A stretch of 64,000 nt of DNA from assembly GCA_002633005.1 (NCBI GenBank), contig NMRA01000079.1:257348-321347 (forward strand). Reading direction: 5' to 3'. Each line of letters begins with the position of its first letter. The first letter of the stretch is position 1. The translations under genes and the position numbers were made by a program. This document shows, piece by piece, positions 13,506-28,099 of this stretch. The stretch is from Phoronis australis (taxonomy: Eukaryota > Animalia > Phoronida). The notes below the pieces were generated by a model that did no database searches, was not told the origin of the DNA, and was given only the letters and a program-made list of their open reading frames with translations.

Positions 13506-16500
13506 AGTGTAATCATATCATGCTATGGGCCAAACCTAGTAGCCACTCTGTCAATCATTCCTCACCCGAGTAACGAACAAGTTGAGAATTACTAATGACA
13601 GGGGAAAGTGAACTAAATCCAGTTTTTGATTACGAATCAGTCTTGCAGGTGGTTTAAAATGGTTAACTAATCAGCGACACAAACGATACGAAATCCGATG
13701 CAACAAAACCCGAAGCAACATATCACCTAAGATGGCATAATCCTATTCTTTCTTCAACCATGTTCTCCTCACTATAGCAACAAGAAAAATCATACCTGGG
13801 TATTTGATCACGGATTAGGGACAGGTGATCAAGGCCAGTCGGCTTCCGATCGATCTGACGTGTCATGCAGCGAAAAGTACCATTCTACAGCATCACCTAT
13901 GGTGACGTAAAGTCAATGAACCTCGAGAGAAACTAATTACTATACTGGATATTTGTGCCACGACAGCAAGTCATTGTAAGAAAGAAACTAATATTGACAT
14001 CAAATAGGGTAAAAGGTTTAATTATCGTCACCCCTGTGATGAAGACACAATGGCAAAAGCAGTAAAAGCCAAGACACACAGAGGAGAGAAAGCAGGCGAT
14101 GAGTTTTAAGCTGACTATGAATATGTGCTGCAGTATTTTACGATTTGTCCCAAGAGACCTAATGAGCCCACGGTATCTGTAATCGCACTCCAACGCATTG
14201 ATAGTTGAGCTAGAATCCAAAAGCCTGGAATTTTGAATATAGCAACAACAAACTGAAATATGCTAGTCACCACATGCCTGCAGAGTAGCAAGCGGCCAGT
14301 GACCTCTGCTCCCTGCAGTGAGATTTCCGAGATTTTTTTACCAATTCTCCATTACCGATTATGCCTTCAGACAGCCTCGTTCCCACCTCCAGTGCGCAGA
14401 CGGCTTCATAAAAGCCGCAAATACAGTCAATTTCCTGACAGCATAGACTTCCTTATTTGAAAAGTCATGCGAGTTGATCAGGTGTCGTTACTTTCACATT
14501 TAAAACAAGAGCCAAGCAAAGCATTGATATGCACCCACTGTATGCTTAGTACCTCACCTTCTAAGGCTAACATTAAATCAAAAAGTTTAAAAACTAATAG
14601 TTTTCAACATTTTCAACAAAGAAATAAAAAACGCTACAGACATGTTTGAACTAGGCATAAAAATTAGCAAGTCTGGTCCAGTTCTTTTCATAAAGAACTA
14701 TTAAGAGGCCTGGCAGGTCAAAGATCACTCTTCACTTGACTTGGTGACCCAAGTGCAATAAGTCTAAATTTTCTTAGTTTTTATTCCAGTGGAGAAATTC
14801 GACAAAATAGAATTCAACATGTCAGCTACATGTTTCCTAAATAAGCGAGGAATTCTTTTAACTCCATATGTGTTCCTATAACTTTATTGACATTAAGTAT
14901 AGCATCGCATCAGAATTGCAAGAAAAACTCAATACACCATGAAAGCTGCTTTGTATTGCTGTGATAAAAACCTACGATTAATGAAAGAGCGCGCTAAAAC
15001 ACCTCGCAAAATCAATCCGCTTAGAATTACCCCCATTGATTTTTTTTAATATTTAATGTCGAGTAACCTCTCATTAAAAATCGTATCAACGTGAGAAACT
15101 TCCCACTAAGGAGTTTCCTGTGCACTTAAATTCAAGCCCTCAGAACAGCATTAAATCCGTAAACAAACAGCCTTTAATACAGTCACTACAACAAGCTGCC
15201 AGACTTACCAAATCTGGGTATTTACAAATGAAACAGCATTCTCATGCCATCCAATCAAAAAGGAGACCTGGGCTCCGTAAAAATTCACGAGAACACACAC
15301 CAGACACCAGTTAAGCTTGATTCTTCATCATCCAATCCTCAAAATAAGACAGCATAACTTAACCTTATTCAGAATGACGTGACATGTTAAATTAGGGTGA
15401 ACTCTCACCAAATTAGGGTACAATATGGCGGACAAGTAATATTTGTTCTCTCATTTATTCCACTGTACTACATTTATGCTTTTCCATCACAGTTCTCCAC
15501 AATCTGCGTTGAATTTGAACTTTGTCATGACGAGTTTGCCTTAAGCAAATTAGGACATTTTGGATTTTTGGTACCAGTTCAGGGCTTTTATTCCAAGACA
15601 TGAAAACAAATTTCCCACAGCATGAACATGGACTTTTGAACACATCAAGAACTTTCAACTGTAATTCCTGTCACGCCTATCATGGAGGAACAATTGCACA
15701 TGCTGAAATTGTGTACCACTGATTTTACCATAGGCTTTAAGTTTGCCAAAAGAGGTCGCAACAGAATGGCCAGAATACCAGCGTGCCAATTACTTGAATG
15801 ACAGCAAACGGGACACCTTTGCGAACATTAATTTTAATGTTAATGAATTGTTTTTTGCCTTTTTCGATATGCCTTGAATGTTTGGACTTGGAATTGATTT
15901 TGATTTTTGAATCTTTCCACAAACACATTGAGGTCACTGGTATTTGATTGTCAATGTTTAACACTTTTCTCCGGACACTGGTTACGTGTAGCACCTTAAA
16001 GCCACTGCCCCCCCCCCCCCCAACAGGTGTGCATGTGAGTAATGTGCGTTTAAGGGTATGTAGGACCCTAGAAAAATTCCAATTTTTGTCAACTTCGGGA
16101 ACATCACATGTCAGAAACGAGTGCCAGGATCCACGTTATTCGCTCTAAGATACTTTGCTTTGTGTACTGCTCACAACACAGAGTTAGGAATTGTTTTGAA
16201 ATGGTCCACCTTTGCAAGAGGGGCTATCAAAATTAAGCTTCTGCGATTTTTGTAAAAAACTTTAAAGTTACATGAGCCACCACTGTCGAATATATCTTCA
16301 ACTCGTCAAAAATACGAGCAGATGACCTGGTTTGAGTAGAAAGCATTTTTATTAACACTTTACAAGAAGAAACAGCATAATACCTAATCCGTAACACGAC
16401 TGCCGCGATTTGGTCATATTTACTTTTCATGTTTCGAACCTAGTTTTCCGAAGAAACTTATACCCTTTCGTAAGACAACTCTTTGGTGCATTGACTTGTT

Positions 16501-18949
16501 CTCCAACGTATTTTTCAACGTCTCTGTGGTTAATTATTGACACATTTTTAAGATTTTATATCCAGATTGGACTCGAAAGACCAGCCACTTAACTTAAGCA
16601 ATGTCAACTTCCGCTCTGTTTATCGCAGTTAGCCTCGCTTAGGATTTTAATGTTTGCCGCGTGAATTAGGTCTGTAGAGTCAAAAATACAATTCTAACAA
16701 ATTTCTACTCTCATAAAAAATATACTTTTGCAGATATTTTGCTAAATGTAAAAACATGTCGATGAAGTTCAACAGAACATTAAAAGGTTCTTGAAGTACA
16801 ATAACATGCATTTTTAATGTAATTTAATTTATGAATTAAGTCTATATCAGAAATCACATCTTTGTTATTTTTTCACATTTTTGTAAAACAGCATTTTTCA
16901 AATGTTAATTTCTATTGGCTAACGCATGTCTGACGTCACTGAGGCTGTACCGTGGGTGAAGGCAACGAGATAAATTAAGCATATTTTATGTATATAGCTC
17001 ATTGGGTGAATGCCTCCTGGCTACAAATACTGTGCTTAATGTGTATAATTTGTCTGCGATTTCGGCTCTCAAAACTTCATAACACAAGTTTACTGCCATG
17101 TAGTGTTGACTATTATGGAACGATGGCATTCTCAGCATCACTAGACCAGGAAAGGGCCCCCGACTGCGTAGCCTTGCCTAGGTTCAAGCTGTATACTTTA
17201 AAATATATAGCCGTTGCATCGAAGTGGGTAAAAAATAAAATCTGACACAAAATTGGTTTCATTAAAAATTACACTCTTCCTTGAGTAAACTAAATTATTT
17301 ACCGACGTTGAAAAAATTGGCGTTCTGCCATTCACTCTGTTGCTAAAATTTGTGTGCTTTCGGCGCCGTCACCTGTTGCCTTATCCAGGCCAATTTCGTT
17401 CCCCGAGTTGTTCTTCTTCCAAGTATAACAAGCGAACAAACTGTTCTTCGAAGTTGCGTACATGTCACAACAAATTATTAGAGCTGACTTCATTCCTATC
17501 AAGTTTTTAGTATTTCAATACCTGAGGAAACCAAATTTCGGAACAAATTTTGCTCCTGTGAAGCTCAGCATCATCTCTCGACAGATGTCGCAAAATTTTA
17601 GGAAATAGCGTATGTTGAGCGTACTGTTTTCTTTGTTACAAAAAGCTGAGAATTATGAGATAAAATAATGTATATTAGATTGTTTTCCACTTAAACGACT
17701 CCAGCGGGCAAGGTAAGCGTCAGTTGACACCCAGATATTTGAACGCTCCCCTGCCGGTTTAAGCTCTACATGTTGATACGAGTTTCGCAATGAGGTGAAG
17801 TACCCAGGCTATGTGAAATTTCGGAGTCTAATGGGGCTCAACACAGTGTCACTGGTACCTAGCTGTATTTTGAAGATAGTTTTCATACAGCTGTCTGGCT
17901 GGATGAATCAACGTCACAGGAAAGAAAAACGAAAAAGGTTGTGAGTATGCACATGTTGATCTGTCAACTGGACTATACTATGTACTCGCACGGCTAATGA
18001 CCTATATCTCTCTGTGCTATACAGACTCAGTGACGTCACAAAAAACAGCGCTTGTAGTGAGGGTTTACGGAACTAATAAATTTTTACTTCTTAAAGTAAA
18101 AAAGAAAAATACTGTGCACTATTTAAGAATATGTGGATGCCAGTAACCAACCATACTTTCAAAATTCGTATTAAAATGCCAAAACATGTTGTTCAGACCT
18201 CTTTTAAGTAGTTTAAGGTTATCTCAAATCTTATTTAGTGGCCTCCATTCTAACTCGTAGATCCAAAAACTAGTAAAAGCATATATTTTCTGAAAGAAAA
18301 AAGATCAGGGAATATGGCATTCAACAGGCACCAAAATTATGGCTCATACATAAGGCAAGAAATAAATACACTGTGCTTCCGTCATTCAGACTTCTAAGGT
18401 TCACATTTCAATGAAAGATTGACTATTCAGGTATTAGCTGAGGCACCGCTTTTTTCAGCAGATGCCATTGTCGTGGGTTATTGTTTTCCCTCTGGCCATG
18501 CTACTATTTCAGTAGATTTTGGCTGCTTGCATTCACACTATTGTTTACTTCTAACTTTGGAGAGAAACCTCGGGGCAAATTACAATCGACATTAGTGATG
18601 TTCCCATGTATTTCGGAATCCCAGAAATACATCAGGACAAAATACACTGGATTAATTCCACAAATGCTCGTGCCGCCAAAGTATTTATGAATACCAAAAA
18701 ATTATGTCGCCCTTATTGGCAGGCGTTGACACTACATAGCCAGTGGAGTAATAACATATACGCCACCACCAATAATTTAATGATACAGGTAATTGTAATT
18801 TAAATTGATTAAACAAGCCACATAGGATACCAATTTTGTCCCGGTATAATTCAGTGAAATTTAGTGAAACTCAGAATTCCGGTAAATATCATGCCATTAA
18901 AGGCAAAACAAGAGAAACCTGGAGCATTGAAAGGCAACAACGGCTGCAC

Positions 18950-20380
18950 TGCAAACGGTGTGCTTTTAGGGGCATTTATTTGCATCATAAAAAATAGCCA
19001 TTAGATGGCATAGAATACAATGAAACCTTCCAAAAATGGTGAGGTGTCATCTGTCAAAGTTATTTGCCATAGTTCATGAAAATCAGTCAAGAACTCCAAA
19101 GATACAAAGTTAACATAAAAAACTACCACCAAGAACCACAGCGATTAATTGAATCCTTCCATCTGCTGTCAAGTTAACAGCAATACAATGGCAAAATTTC
19201 AAAAACATCTTGTAAGGGGTTTATGTCAGCCGTAGATGTAAAAAAAATGTCACTAGGGGGCATCGCAGTAGTTGCACCTACTTGAAAATCAACGTCAGTC
19301 ACGCTCTTGTCAGTAGGAACACATCTGCTAATTTCCATAATTATAAAGTATGCATACTTTATCACATGCAGAAGACAAAAAACAGACTAAAAATAATTAA
19401 AATGGCCACTGTTTGATGCTGTCCCCTTCATAATAGAAACTTGTTTGCAAAAATTTCATGAAAAAAGCATCACAGATCTCTGAAGTTACAAAGGCAAACG
19501 TAAACAAGAGCAACGCAGAGAGTTGAAATGCGCCACAAATGCACCGCAGAGAGTGTGCTTCTAGGGGTGTTCATTTGTATCATAAAAATGGCCATTACAT
19601 GGCGCAAAATGCATCAAATCCATCCGAAACTGCTATATATTATAGAAATTCACCAAATTTCATAAAAATCTGTCAAGGAACTTCTGAGAAACCGAGGAAA
19701 ACAGAAAAAATGAAATTGCTACTAGGAGGCTATGGGCACAAAAAAACAACTACCACTAAGAGGCACCAAATTATAAGAAGTCATATGAAAATCATCGTCA
19801 ATCGTCCTTTTCACACTAAGAACACTAATGCCAATTTTCACAATCATCCTTGGAGTGGTTCGGTTGATAGAGGGGCGGATGCCAAAAACAGACTAGAAAA
19901 TGGTAAAAATGATCACTAGATGGCGCAAAATGTGTCAAATCCATCAGAAAACATGCACATGTCATCGTTTCAATAGAAAGCTATTTACCAAATTTCATAA
20001 AAATCTGTCAAGCAGCTTTAAGAGAAACAGAGGAAAATGGAAAAAAATGAAATTGCCACGAAAGGGGTGTTTGTCATCGTTCGTTGTCATTTTCATATAA
20101 ATGCACTTGCTAAATTTAATAAAGATCCTGCAGACGGTTTAGGAGATGCAGCCATGGTCTTAAAAAACAAAACTGCCACTAGGAGGCACCACAGTAGTCG
20201 AAGTCATTGGAAAATCGTTGTCAGCCATCCTCTTCACATTAGGAAGACATGCCATTTTCACAATCATCCTTAGAGTGGTTTGGTTGACAATTGGGCAGAT
20301 GCCAAAAAACAGACTTGAAAACAGTAAAACTGGCGGTGTGGATTTTTCTGCCTAATACCCCCTTTTGCAGGGCTGAAACC
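18950..20380 (-). mobile_element. Helentron/HINE-like non-autonomous element with internal degenerate tandem array
   Basis: Strong reverse-complement similarity to 40131-41310 (e.g. 19951-20040 vs 41161-41260); internally repeated units. Confidence 0.65.
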
Positions 20381-23116
20381 AATGCAGTGGGCCTTTTGTG
20401 GGGACGAAATCGAAATTTAGGAACCTATTTGACCGGCACGGATCCCAAAACACTTGCTGAAAAAGTGCTACCTACCTGCAATGTTTGGTACATGCCTGTG
20501 GGCACCTAGTCAATAAGAGTGACCCCCCGGAATGCAAGCCTGGGGCTAACACAATTACAGCCATTAGCCAATGGAAGTTAATTATCACGTCAACAATAAT
20601 TTTTTCTAACTCAATTTGCAAACCATATTCAGTGGGTTTTTTTAACGTAAAGAATCTTGCAAATACATGGATAAAATGAAACAGAATGGTTGTTCTGCTT
20701 AAATAATCAATGTTATAATGAAACATTAACAAATACTTTTTACAGAAATTTATTATCATTGATAAACAAATACAAAACCAAACAAACAAGTACATCCATT
20801 CATCCACACATGCACACCTCGGGAGACTGAACATTCTTGTATATCGTATAAAATAAGCAACTGCTACAAGTTCATGTGAACAATAAAATTTTTGCATTTC
20901 CCAGAGAAGCTGTTAATACACAAAATTTTTATATGCAATTAATTTTTCAGCATTTATAGTACTCATAAGTATATGTAACAAACTTGTGAATATTAGGTAT
21001 ATTTTTGTGACATCTCTGCTTGTAAATGTACTGTTTGGCTAGTAATAGCAAAATGGTAAAAAGAAAATCATGTGTGTCATAAAGTCCAAGAATAACACAT
21101 TTGTAAGAGACAGAAGCTGAATGACACGTTTGAAGCAGTTTTCCGAATTCCTTAACATTAACAACTATTGACCAGTCACCACCCGCTGGTGGCAAATGCA
21201 GGCAGTGACCCCTGCTGATATCTCCGTCAGCATCGAAGTTAAGTGTTCACATTGACTGAAGCTTCGCTAACACTAAATCGTCGGAGCCAGTGGGAAAGGC
21301 CTTGAAGACTAAGCACAAAGTTCACAAAGAAATACTTTCACGGGCAATGGTATGTCAAATTTCAAACGGTGTATTACGTGTGTGAAGACACTCATGATAT
21401 ACAACCATCCGAAAAATTCTAAGCCACTGTACTTACTTAAGTTACCCCCCCCTCCCAGTCCAAAGTGTCACTAAGCTGTTGAGATAAATTAACACCACAT
21501 TGTGGCATGCACTGCCATTTCTCAGGAGACAGCCCCCTCCCAACATCGCCCCCCCCAACCCCGCCCCCCCCCACATGAATGTGCCATCTGTAACTACAAC
21601 CAGGTGGTAGCATAGCTGTAATTAACTTGAGTGGACAGGATCTGAAATAATAAACATCAAGAAACAGCAGATACCTGCTGCAGAAATCAGTGGTCGCCCG
21701 GTAACAAATTAACAGTATCTGGCTACAAACTGGGTAATTGTAACAAACTTCCCTTAAGTAACAGATGAACAGAAAAGGTTAGATAAACACAAGATCATGA
21801 ATCGCTGAAATGTGCTGCACTGAACGACATCAGCATCAATCAAAATTTCTTGACAAGACTTGATCTATCACTCTATGATATACTAAATATTATGTAAGAC
21901 TTCATTACTTAGTAAGACACAGGTTATGATATTTTTGAGGATACCGTGAAATCACTTGAACTGCTTTGCTTATAATTCCATTTAAAATACACATACGTTA
22001 AAATCTCACACCAGGACACATAAAATTTCATTTTTCCATTTTTTGATAAAAATATTAAGTTCCAGAGAAATGCTTTTCCCTGTTCAAGTTCTCTACCATT
22101 AAGCTCTCACCTGATATTTTCAAAATTGTCAGCAATCACGACAATGTTATTAGCCATTAAAAATGAAAAAGAGCACATAAGACAGTTATTTTTGTCCAAA
22201 ATTGGTGATATTTAACCATAATTTTAATTTTCAAATTACTACCTCTTGACGGGATGGGCTTAGAACAATACAAATCTTTTATTTCCTAAGCCAACACTAG
22301 CACATTATCTCAAAATAAATTCAAGTAAAACAAAATCTTCCTTGGTCAAACATCACAACACAAGATTTTTAAGATGTCCGAATTTGGTGGACCTCAGAAA
22401 CGTGCCTTCTCACTGTAGTTTGAATTTGGCGAGCTAAATCTCTTTTGAAAATTTATTAGTTAGCATGATTTGTCGCCAACAGAGTATTTTCGTAAGCCGT
22501 GAAAGAGAAACTTAAGGCATTACTAATTGCACACTTAAATTCAAGCCTGCAGAGCCCATTCGTGTCACTCAAACCTTGAAATGTGAATTATACAGACTCG
22601 AGAAACAATCGAGTTATTGTGGTATCATCGTTAAGACTAGGAAAAAAAATACATAGCCAGTGATACCGATTCCTATCTGGTTCAAGCCTTTAGCGGCATG
22701 CAAATTGCGTGAATCTGAATTTAGCAATACTAACACATTTTCCTTGCTAGAAATTCCCCGGAAAAGAAATCTGATATTGATGACATCGTCCAAAAATCCG
22801 GCGACTTCGCCATAGATTATCTCCATATGTACACAGATTCTGTATTCGCAGACAAAAAAGGACGCCATCTTGTATTATCGGGCATCAAAAGGTATGGCAG
22901 ACAACCATTTCTTAGATAATTTCTTCCATCTTCCTATCTCATAAATTGTCCTTTGCAGGACTATTTTTTGAGTGGCCATGATATATTATGTTTGGCAGAT
23001 CTAGGTCAACCGATTCACCACATGGTGACTAAGGAAAAAAGTGTAGGACTACTTTTGAACAAGAATGGACTTGCGCACAATTTGCATCGTCCTAACTTAA
23101 ATGCTAAAGGAGAGTA

Positions 23117-23422
23117 GGAACTAAACAACAATGCTGTCTTAACCTAATCTACAATAAACAAAGTGCAGTTGAATTCACTGGCAACTTGTAAATGTGAAAA
23201 CAAAAAAATTCTGCAAATAGCTGACTTCTGCACTAATAATGTACGGGAGCTAACATAGCTCGCATCATCAAGTGTTATTCCCCAACACCATGTCCCGATA
23301 CTCACTAGACACGGTTGAGTGACTTATGGCAGATTACTTTCGCCCCAAAACTCACTCTTAAAAATACTTGGAAATTTCAAACCTACTTTATATTCGCATC
23401 ATTGCTATATGTGGTGTTTCTA
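23117..23422 (+). repeat. Dispersed repeat (direct copy of 11470-11775)
   Basis: Colinear similarity to the 11.5 kb copy. Confidence 0.75.
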
Positions 23423-23475
23423 ACTATTTTGACCAAGCAATCTTAGATATAAAGAATTAGCAAGTTTCATTTTAT

Positions 23476-23978
23476 TCCCTTCCATACTGACTTAGCTCCA
23501 TTCTGAGCGAAGCGTCAAAGAAAACTGTGAAGTTAATTGAACTGTTCATACTGGGTTCGGTACATTAAAGTAAATAGTTGGTGGTGTTGTCGTCATCCAA
23601 GTTATCGCGAGGTAACACTGATGCATCCCATGCACACTAAGTTCTTTTAATATGACAATTTGAGAAAATTTATATGCGCTAATTGGCATAAAAATTATTT
23701 CTAATTTGGTTGGTGATTATTCCAGCAAAATATAAGCAAATATTAGCAACGACACAGCCCTTTAGGTGTTGACATTAATAGTGGCGGTGATAACTTCGAT
23801 GGGACCAAAGTGGACCGTTCATACTGCACCGCAGTGTTGACACTCTGCTGTTAAATCCGTCTGTTTACAGCGAATTAACTGGCGCTGTTAACTTCGATCC
23901 AGGACCGTAGTTAACCGTTTATACTGACTGCAACTCCCCAAAACATTGACGCGTCAACGTTTAAGTATGAAAGGGCCT
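23476..23978. mobile_element. Harbinger-like MITE, copy 2
   Basis: Ends in gtatgaaagggcct, begins cccttccatact; colinear with 7355-7849. Confidence 0.7.
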
Positions 23979-26854
23979 AGACCATGCCTTTCACATCAAT
24001 GTATCTGATGAGATCTTTTCATCAAAATCACATACCTACAGGTAAATAAGCATAAGTCACGAAATCTAAGCTTATCGAAAGATTGTGAAGGACACAAAAG
24101 TTTAGTAGCATGAATATATCTTTCAGAAATGTTGTCTCTCACTTGGCTCAAAAGTATAAACAACGGGTGCTTTTTTGGTGAAGTTCAACGCGTGCGTATT
24201 TAACATATTTTTATGTCAAGTTGTGTTACTGCAAGATACCCTTTCAACAAGGTAAATAGTGCCATGTTCATGGAGGAGCAATATTTATAAAGTGATAACA
24301 TAGACCTGATAAGATTCAGAACTAGATATACGCACTAATGTAAATAAAAATAGAAAAATAACAACGTCTATGATAAATGCTTGTGAAAAAAGAAGACCTA
24401 AAGATAATCTATAAAAACATACCTTTGAACAGTGTGGGAAGTCAATGTTGATACAATTCAGCAAATGCTGTCACAATTCAGACTACTCCTCCAGCCCAGG
24501 TCAATTGTATCAAAGTCGTTTCGGGTTTCCTGCGGAGAGCTACTATTTACGTTTTGCCTTAATGCGACTGCAAGCTCAGTCTTTGCAATGTTACACGAAT
24601 ATCCCCCTTGTATGACAGTTGCTGGAGACCCAAGGTACCTAAGCACATTTTCAGTTTAACTCGCATGTTTGTATCATCACTACTAACAGGCCATTAAAGC
24701 TGATATGTGTAAAAAATGACCAACCAGGTTACACAGCCTCACTTTCAAACCACATGCTCTTTCACTGTCACGAAGCAGATAGCCTAAACGAATACACGCG
24801 TACGATAAATCCCACATACACTAAGTGTACTTGTGATTAGTTCTGTATTGATTTCCAATTTGATACTAGCAATTAACCAAAGTGTTGTGTCTCTAAACTC
24901 GAAAAATGGTGCTTTAAGTTATTAAAGGATTGTGAGGTATACGTGGGTTGACCAAACCGCAGGTACTACCAATCACTGTTGGGCTCCACTATCAAGACTT
25001 GCCATGGTAAGGAATCAAGATAAATGGCCGTCTTTGTTACCAAAGGTCACGTGTCTTGAATAACTTTTTTAATTATTAATAGTAGAATCTCTGCACCACA
25101 AAAACAGAGTATAAATGTCCGTAATCATGCGACTTGATTTTTCACGGAGATTGCTGTAACTTCCATAAAAATTAATTTTTTCGCGTGAAACTGTCTCTTC
25201 ATGAAATTACGTAAATATGTCTGGGACTTTCTTTTAAGGCTTTTGAGTCCAAACTCCAAACCCCCAATACCAAAAATGAAGACCGTCAACATTCCTTGAA
25301 GTCTTTTTAACAGCTGAGCTCTTAAGGACTATAAGGTCTTATAAATTCTCAAATATGTTTTTGTGGCCAGTAGAACAAAGAAACAAATTTTTTGTACTGC
25401 TTGTAAAAACTTCACACTGTAGAAAATTGTTAATCTCTGTGAAAATCACCATTGTTAAACAAAAGAAACAGCCATACGGAACTGACACCCAGGACTTAAA
25501 ATCTCTAGTTTTGATTAATCAGAACTATCAAAACCTAAGAAATTAGTTTAATATGAAAAACAAACCTTGATAACCAAGGTATCCAGCAGCCTTAATTCAA
25601 CCAATGAGCTGAAGGGTAATAAATACGACTGTAGTAATCAGTAGATATGATACTATATCTTCAGAATCCTATTAACAATGTATACAATTATTATTGAAAG
25701 CCTGTGAACCAGCAGGGGGACTGGTACTACAGTATTTTGACACTGCACGATTCTTGTGGCTTAATTGTTGAACACACCAAACTATTTCACTTATAAATAA
25801 CATACAGAATTACAGATTAAACGAACACTATTTTTAAACGGCATTGGTTAAAACATAGCTTAGCTTCATATTCACTAGCTCACTGAACCCACTAGGTCTG
25901 TCTTATTGGCTGCTCTAAACCAGGCATACATTCAAATCAAAAGTATACCCTCGTCCTTGGTAATACATGTGTCGGCCATCGTAGTTTGCTCAGTGTTCTC
26001 GCAGCGACGCATGATGGCGTGAAAATTCAAGTTAGTTATCACTTGACTGGTGAATGAATGATTAAATCCCATTTTCTTGTAAGGAATTTAAAGCGCTGCA
26101 TTTCACCTCTGTTTATATGTCATTGTTGAATTCACAGCCAAAGTCCTTTGGACTTTAAAATCATTACCACATTCATCCGATCAAGACTTATTGGTGAATC
26201 AGTCAGCCACTCCGTGCCATTTTTTAGTCAAATTTTTAGAGTTCCCAAACCCCAATAAACTCTGAAATGTTTTCTTGAGTGACTGGTGATTTCAAGGTTC
26301 TTGTTGATAATGAAAGTAGAATGTCACCATGGTAACGAGTATTTTGAGGACCATTTTATGAGAACAAAGGGCGTAATTCAATTTTTGTTTAACCAGCTAA
26401 AGAGGGTGAAACGCATGTTTAATGGTTAATTGAATGCACACTCAGACATCTACAGTTTTGTAAAAGATAATTTGGCACAAGAGCTTCGCATAAAAGTAAA
26501 AGTGTGTGTGTCTTTAAAATTCCGGACATACCAGCAGTGCTCTCCACAACAGAAAATTTAAACTTCACTAAAATTGCAAAATTCATGTAGGTGTTTGAAA
26601 TTCCATAGGGCATTTTGGACTTAAGTCCCGAACAAATGCACTGAACCAGTAGCAAAAATCCAGAATGTCCTAATTTGCTTAAAGAAATTACTAATCTCCC
26701 AATACATCAAACTCTTTGCTGCAAAGGTTTTTAAACTCAACAAATGCACTAAGCTAAACTCGCCACGGCAAAACTCAAACTCGACTCAATGACAAATCAA
26801 AACAAGTTGTGGGGACCCAGCTTAATTGGCATTTAGGCACACTGGCATAATTGC

Positions 26855-27011
26855 TGGGGCAGATACAGGATTTTGAGTTAGCGGGGGACCAGGGCAGAGT
26901 ATTAGCCAGGATTTTGCCCGTCAGATATTCGCACCCCCAAACCGCCAAATGGAATCTGGAAGAATTTTGGGGGGCCATGGTCCCCTTGGCCTCCATCTAA
27001 ATCCACCACTG
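26855..27011 (-). mobile_element. hAT-like MITE, copy 2 (inverted)
   Basis: Reverse complement of 12363-12522. Confidence 0.7.
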
Positions 27012-28099
27012 AAATGCAGGCCTCTAGAGTATAGTAAAAGTTTGCAATCTGTTTCATGACAAAGAAAAGACACTTACTTCCAAATACGTTGTCACTGAAT
27101 TCTAGAACATTCTAACCTTCAGAGAATAAATCTGAAAAGAAAAACATAATTATGTTAAACATTACCAAATGCAACTCTCTGGTGTTCAGGAAAAACAGGT
27201 TTTGTTCTCGCCTTTCTGCAATCAAATGTCTTGCAGGTCTATCAGAAATACAGGGTAAACCACTCTATCATTACTCACATTTCTTAATTAAACCTTTCAG
27301 CGTGCAAGTACGGTATACACACAAAGCCCATTAATTTTGTCGGCACTTAGTGTTCTCACACAAGTCACAAGATTTCTAGACACTGGAGTAATTAGAATCT
27401 ACAACAGATGGACTTTCACACCTAGAACATTCAAGTCTTCTTTTCCCAGGCATGCTATTTCTCCAAGGATGTTAGTGACCATTAGTCAAGACATTTGTCA
27501 GCCAATCACAGGTCTGAACTCCAAATGAACAGCATCAGTACTGTGCTCTATTTGACTCCTATTACTAATGAGAAACTGTTGTTTACCTACAATAGCAGAA
27601 TGCCCACCATAGTTATTGGTGTTGGTAGACTATTAAATTGTTGTTTATTGATCTTGGCAAGACAAGAGAAATTGTTGTTGTGGGGAATTGCAAGGCAGTG
27701 ATATGGTTAATGTAATTGGTTTGCCATATTTTTGTTGGTCAATGCCAGGTTGATGTTTGAAGAACTCAAGTCAAATTATGTGGCGATTCCTTAAGGAAGA
27801 TAGGGGACAAGAGAAGAGAGAGGGGGAGTAGGGGACGCACAGAGGTGGGGGGGGGNGGGAGGGTGTGACCTAGGGAGGACACACTTTTTATTTACAATGA
27901 GATGAAATACATTTCTGATTAAAATTAATAAGAGACCTTCTATACTTAAAAGTATCCCACCGCTATCAAGATGCCCCACCCCCCTTTATATGAAAGCATA
28001 AAATAATAATTTAACAAAATATATATATAGATCTACATACGTAGAAATACTGGACTTGATGACTAGACTTAACGGTAATATAAAAGGATCACAATAAAT

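Noticed and set aside
19539-20509. Several 60-126 aa ORFs (and 40464-40710)
   Set aside because: They lie inside the Helentron-type repeat and repeat each other's peptides; no coding signal.
24458-24460. In-frame TGA inside an exon-shaped segment, possible selenocysteine
   Set aside because: No selenoprotein homology or SECIS seen, and the exon itself is unproven.
27843-27865. G-run containing an N at 27856
   Set aside because: Sequencing ambiguity in a homopolymer, not a biological feature.
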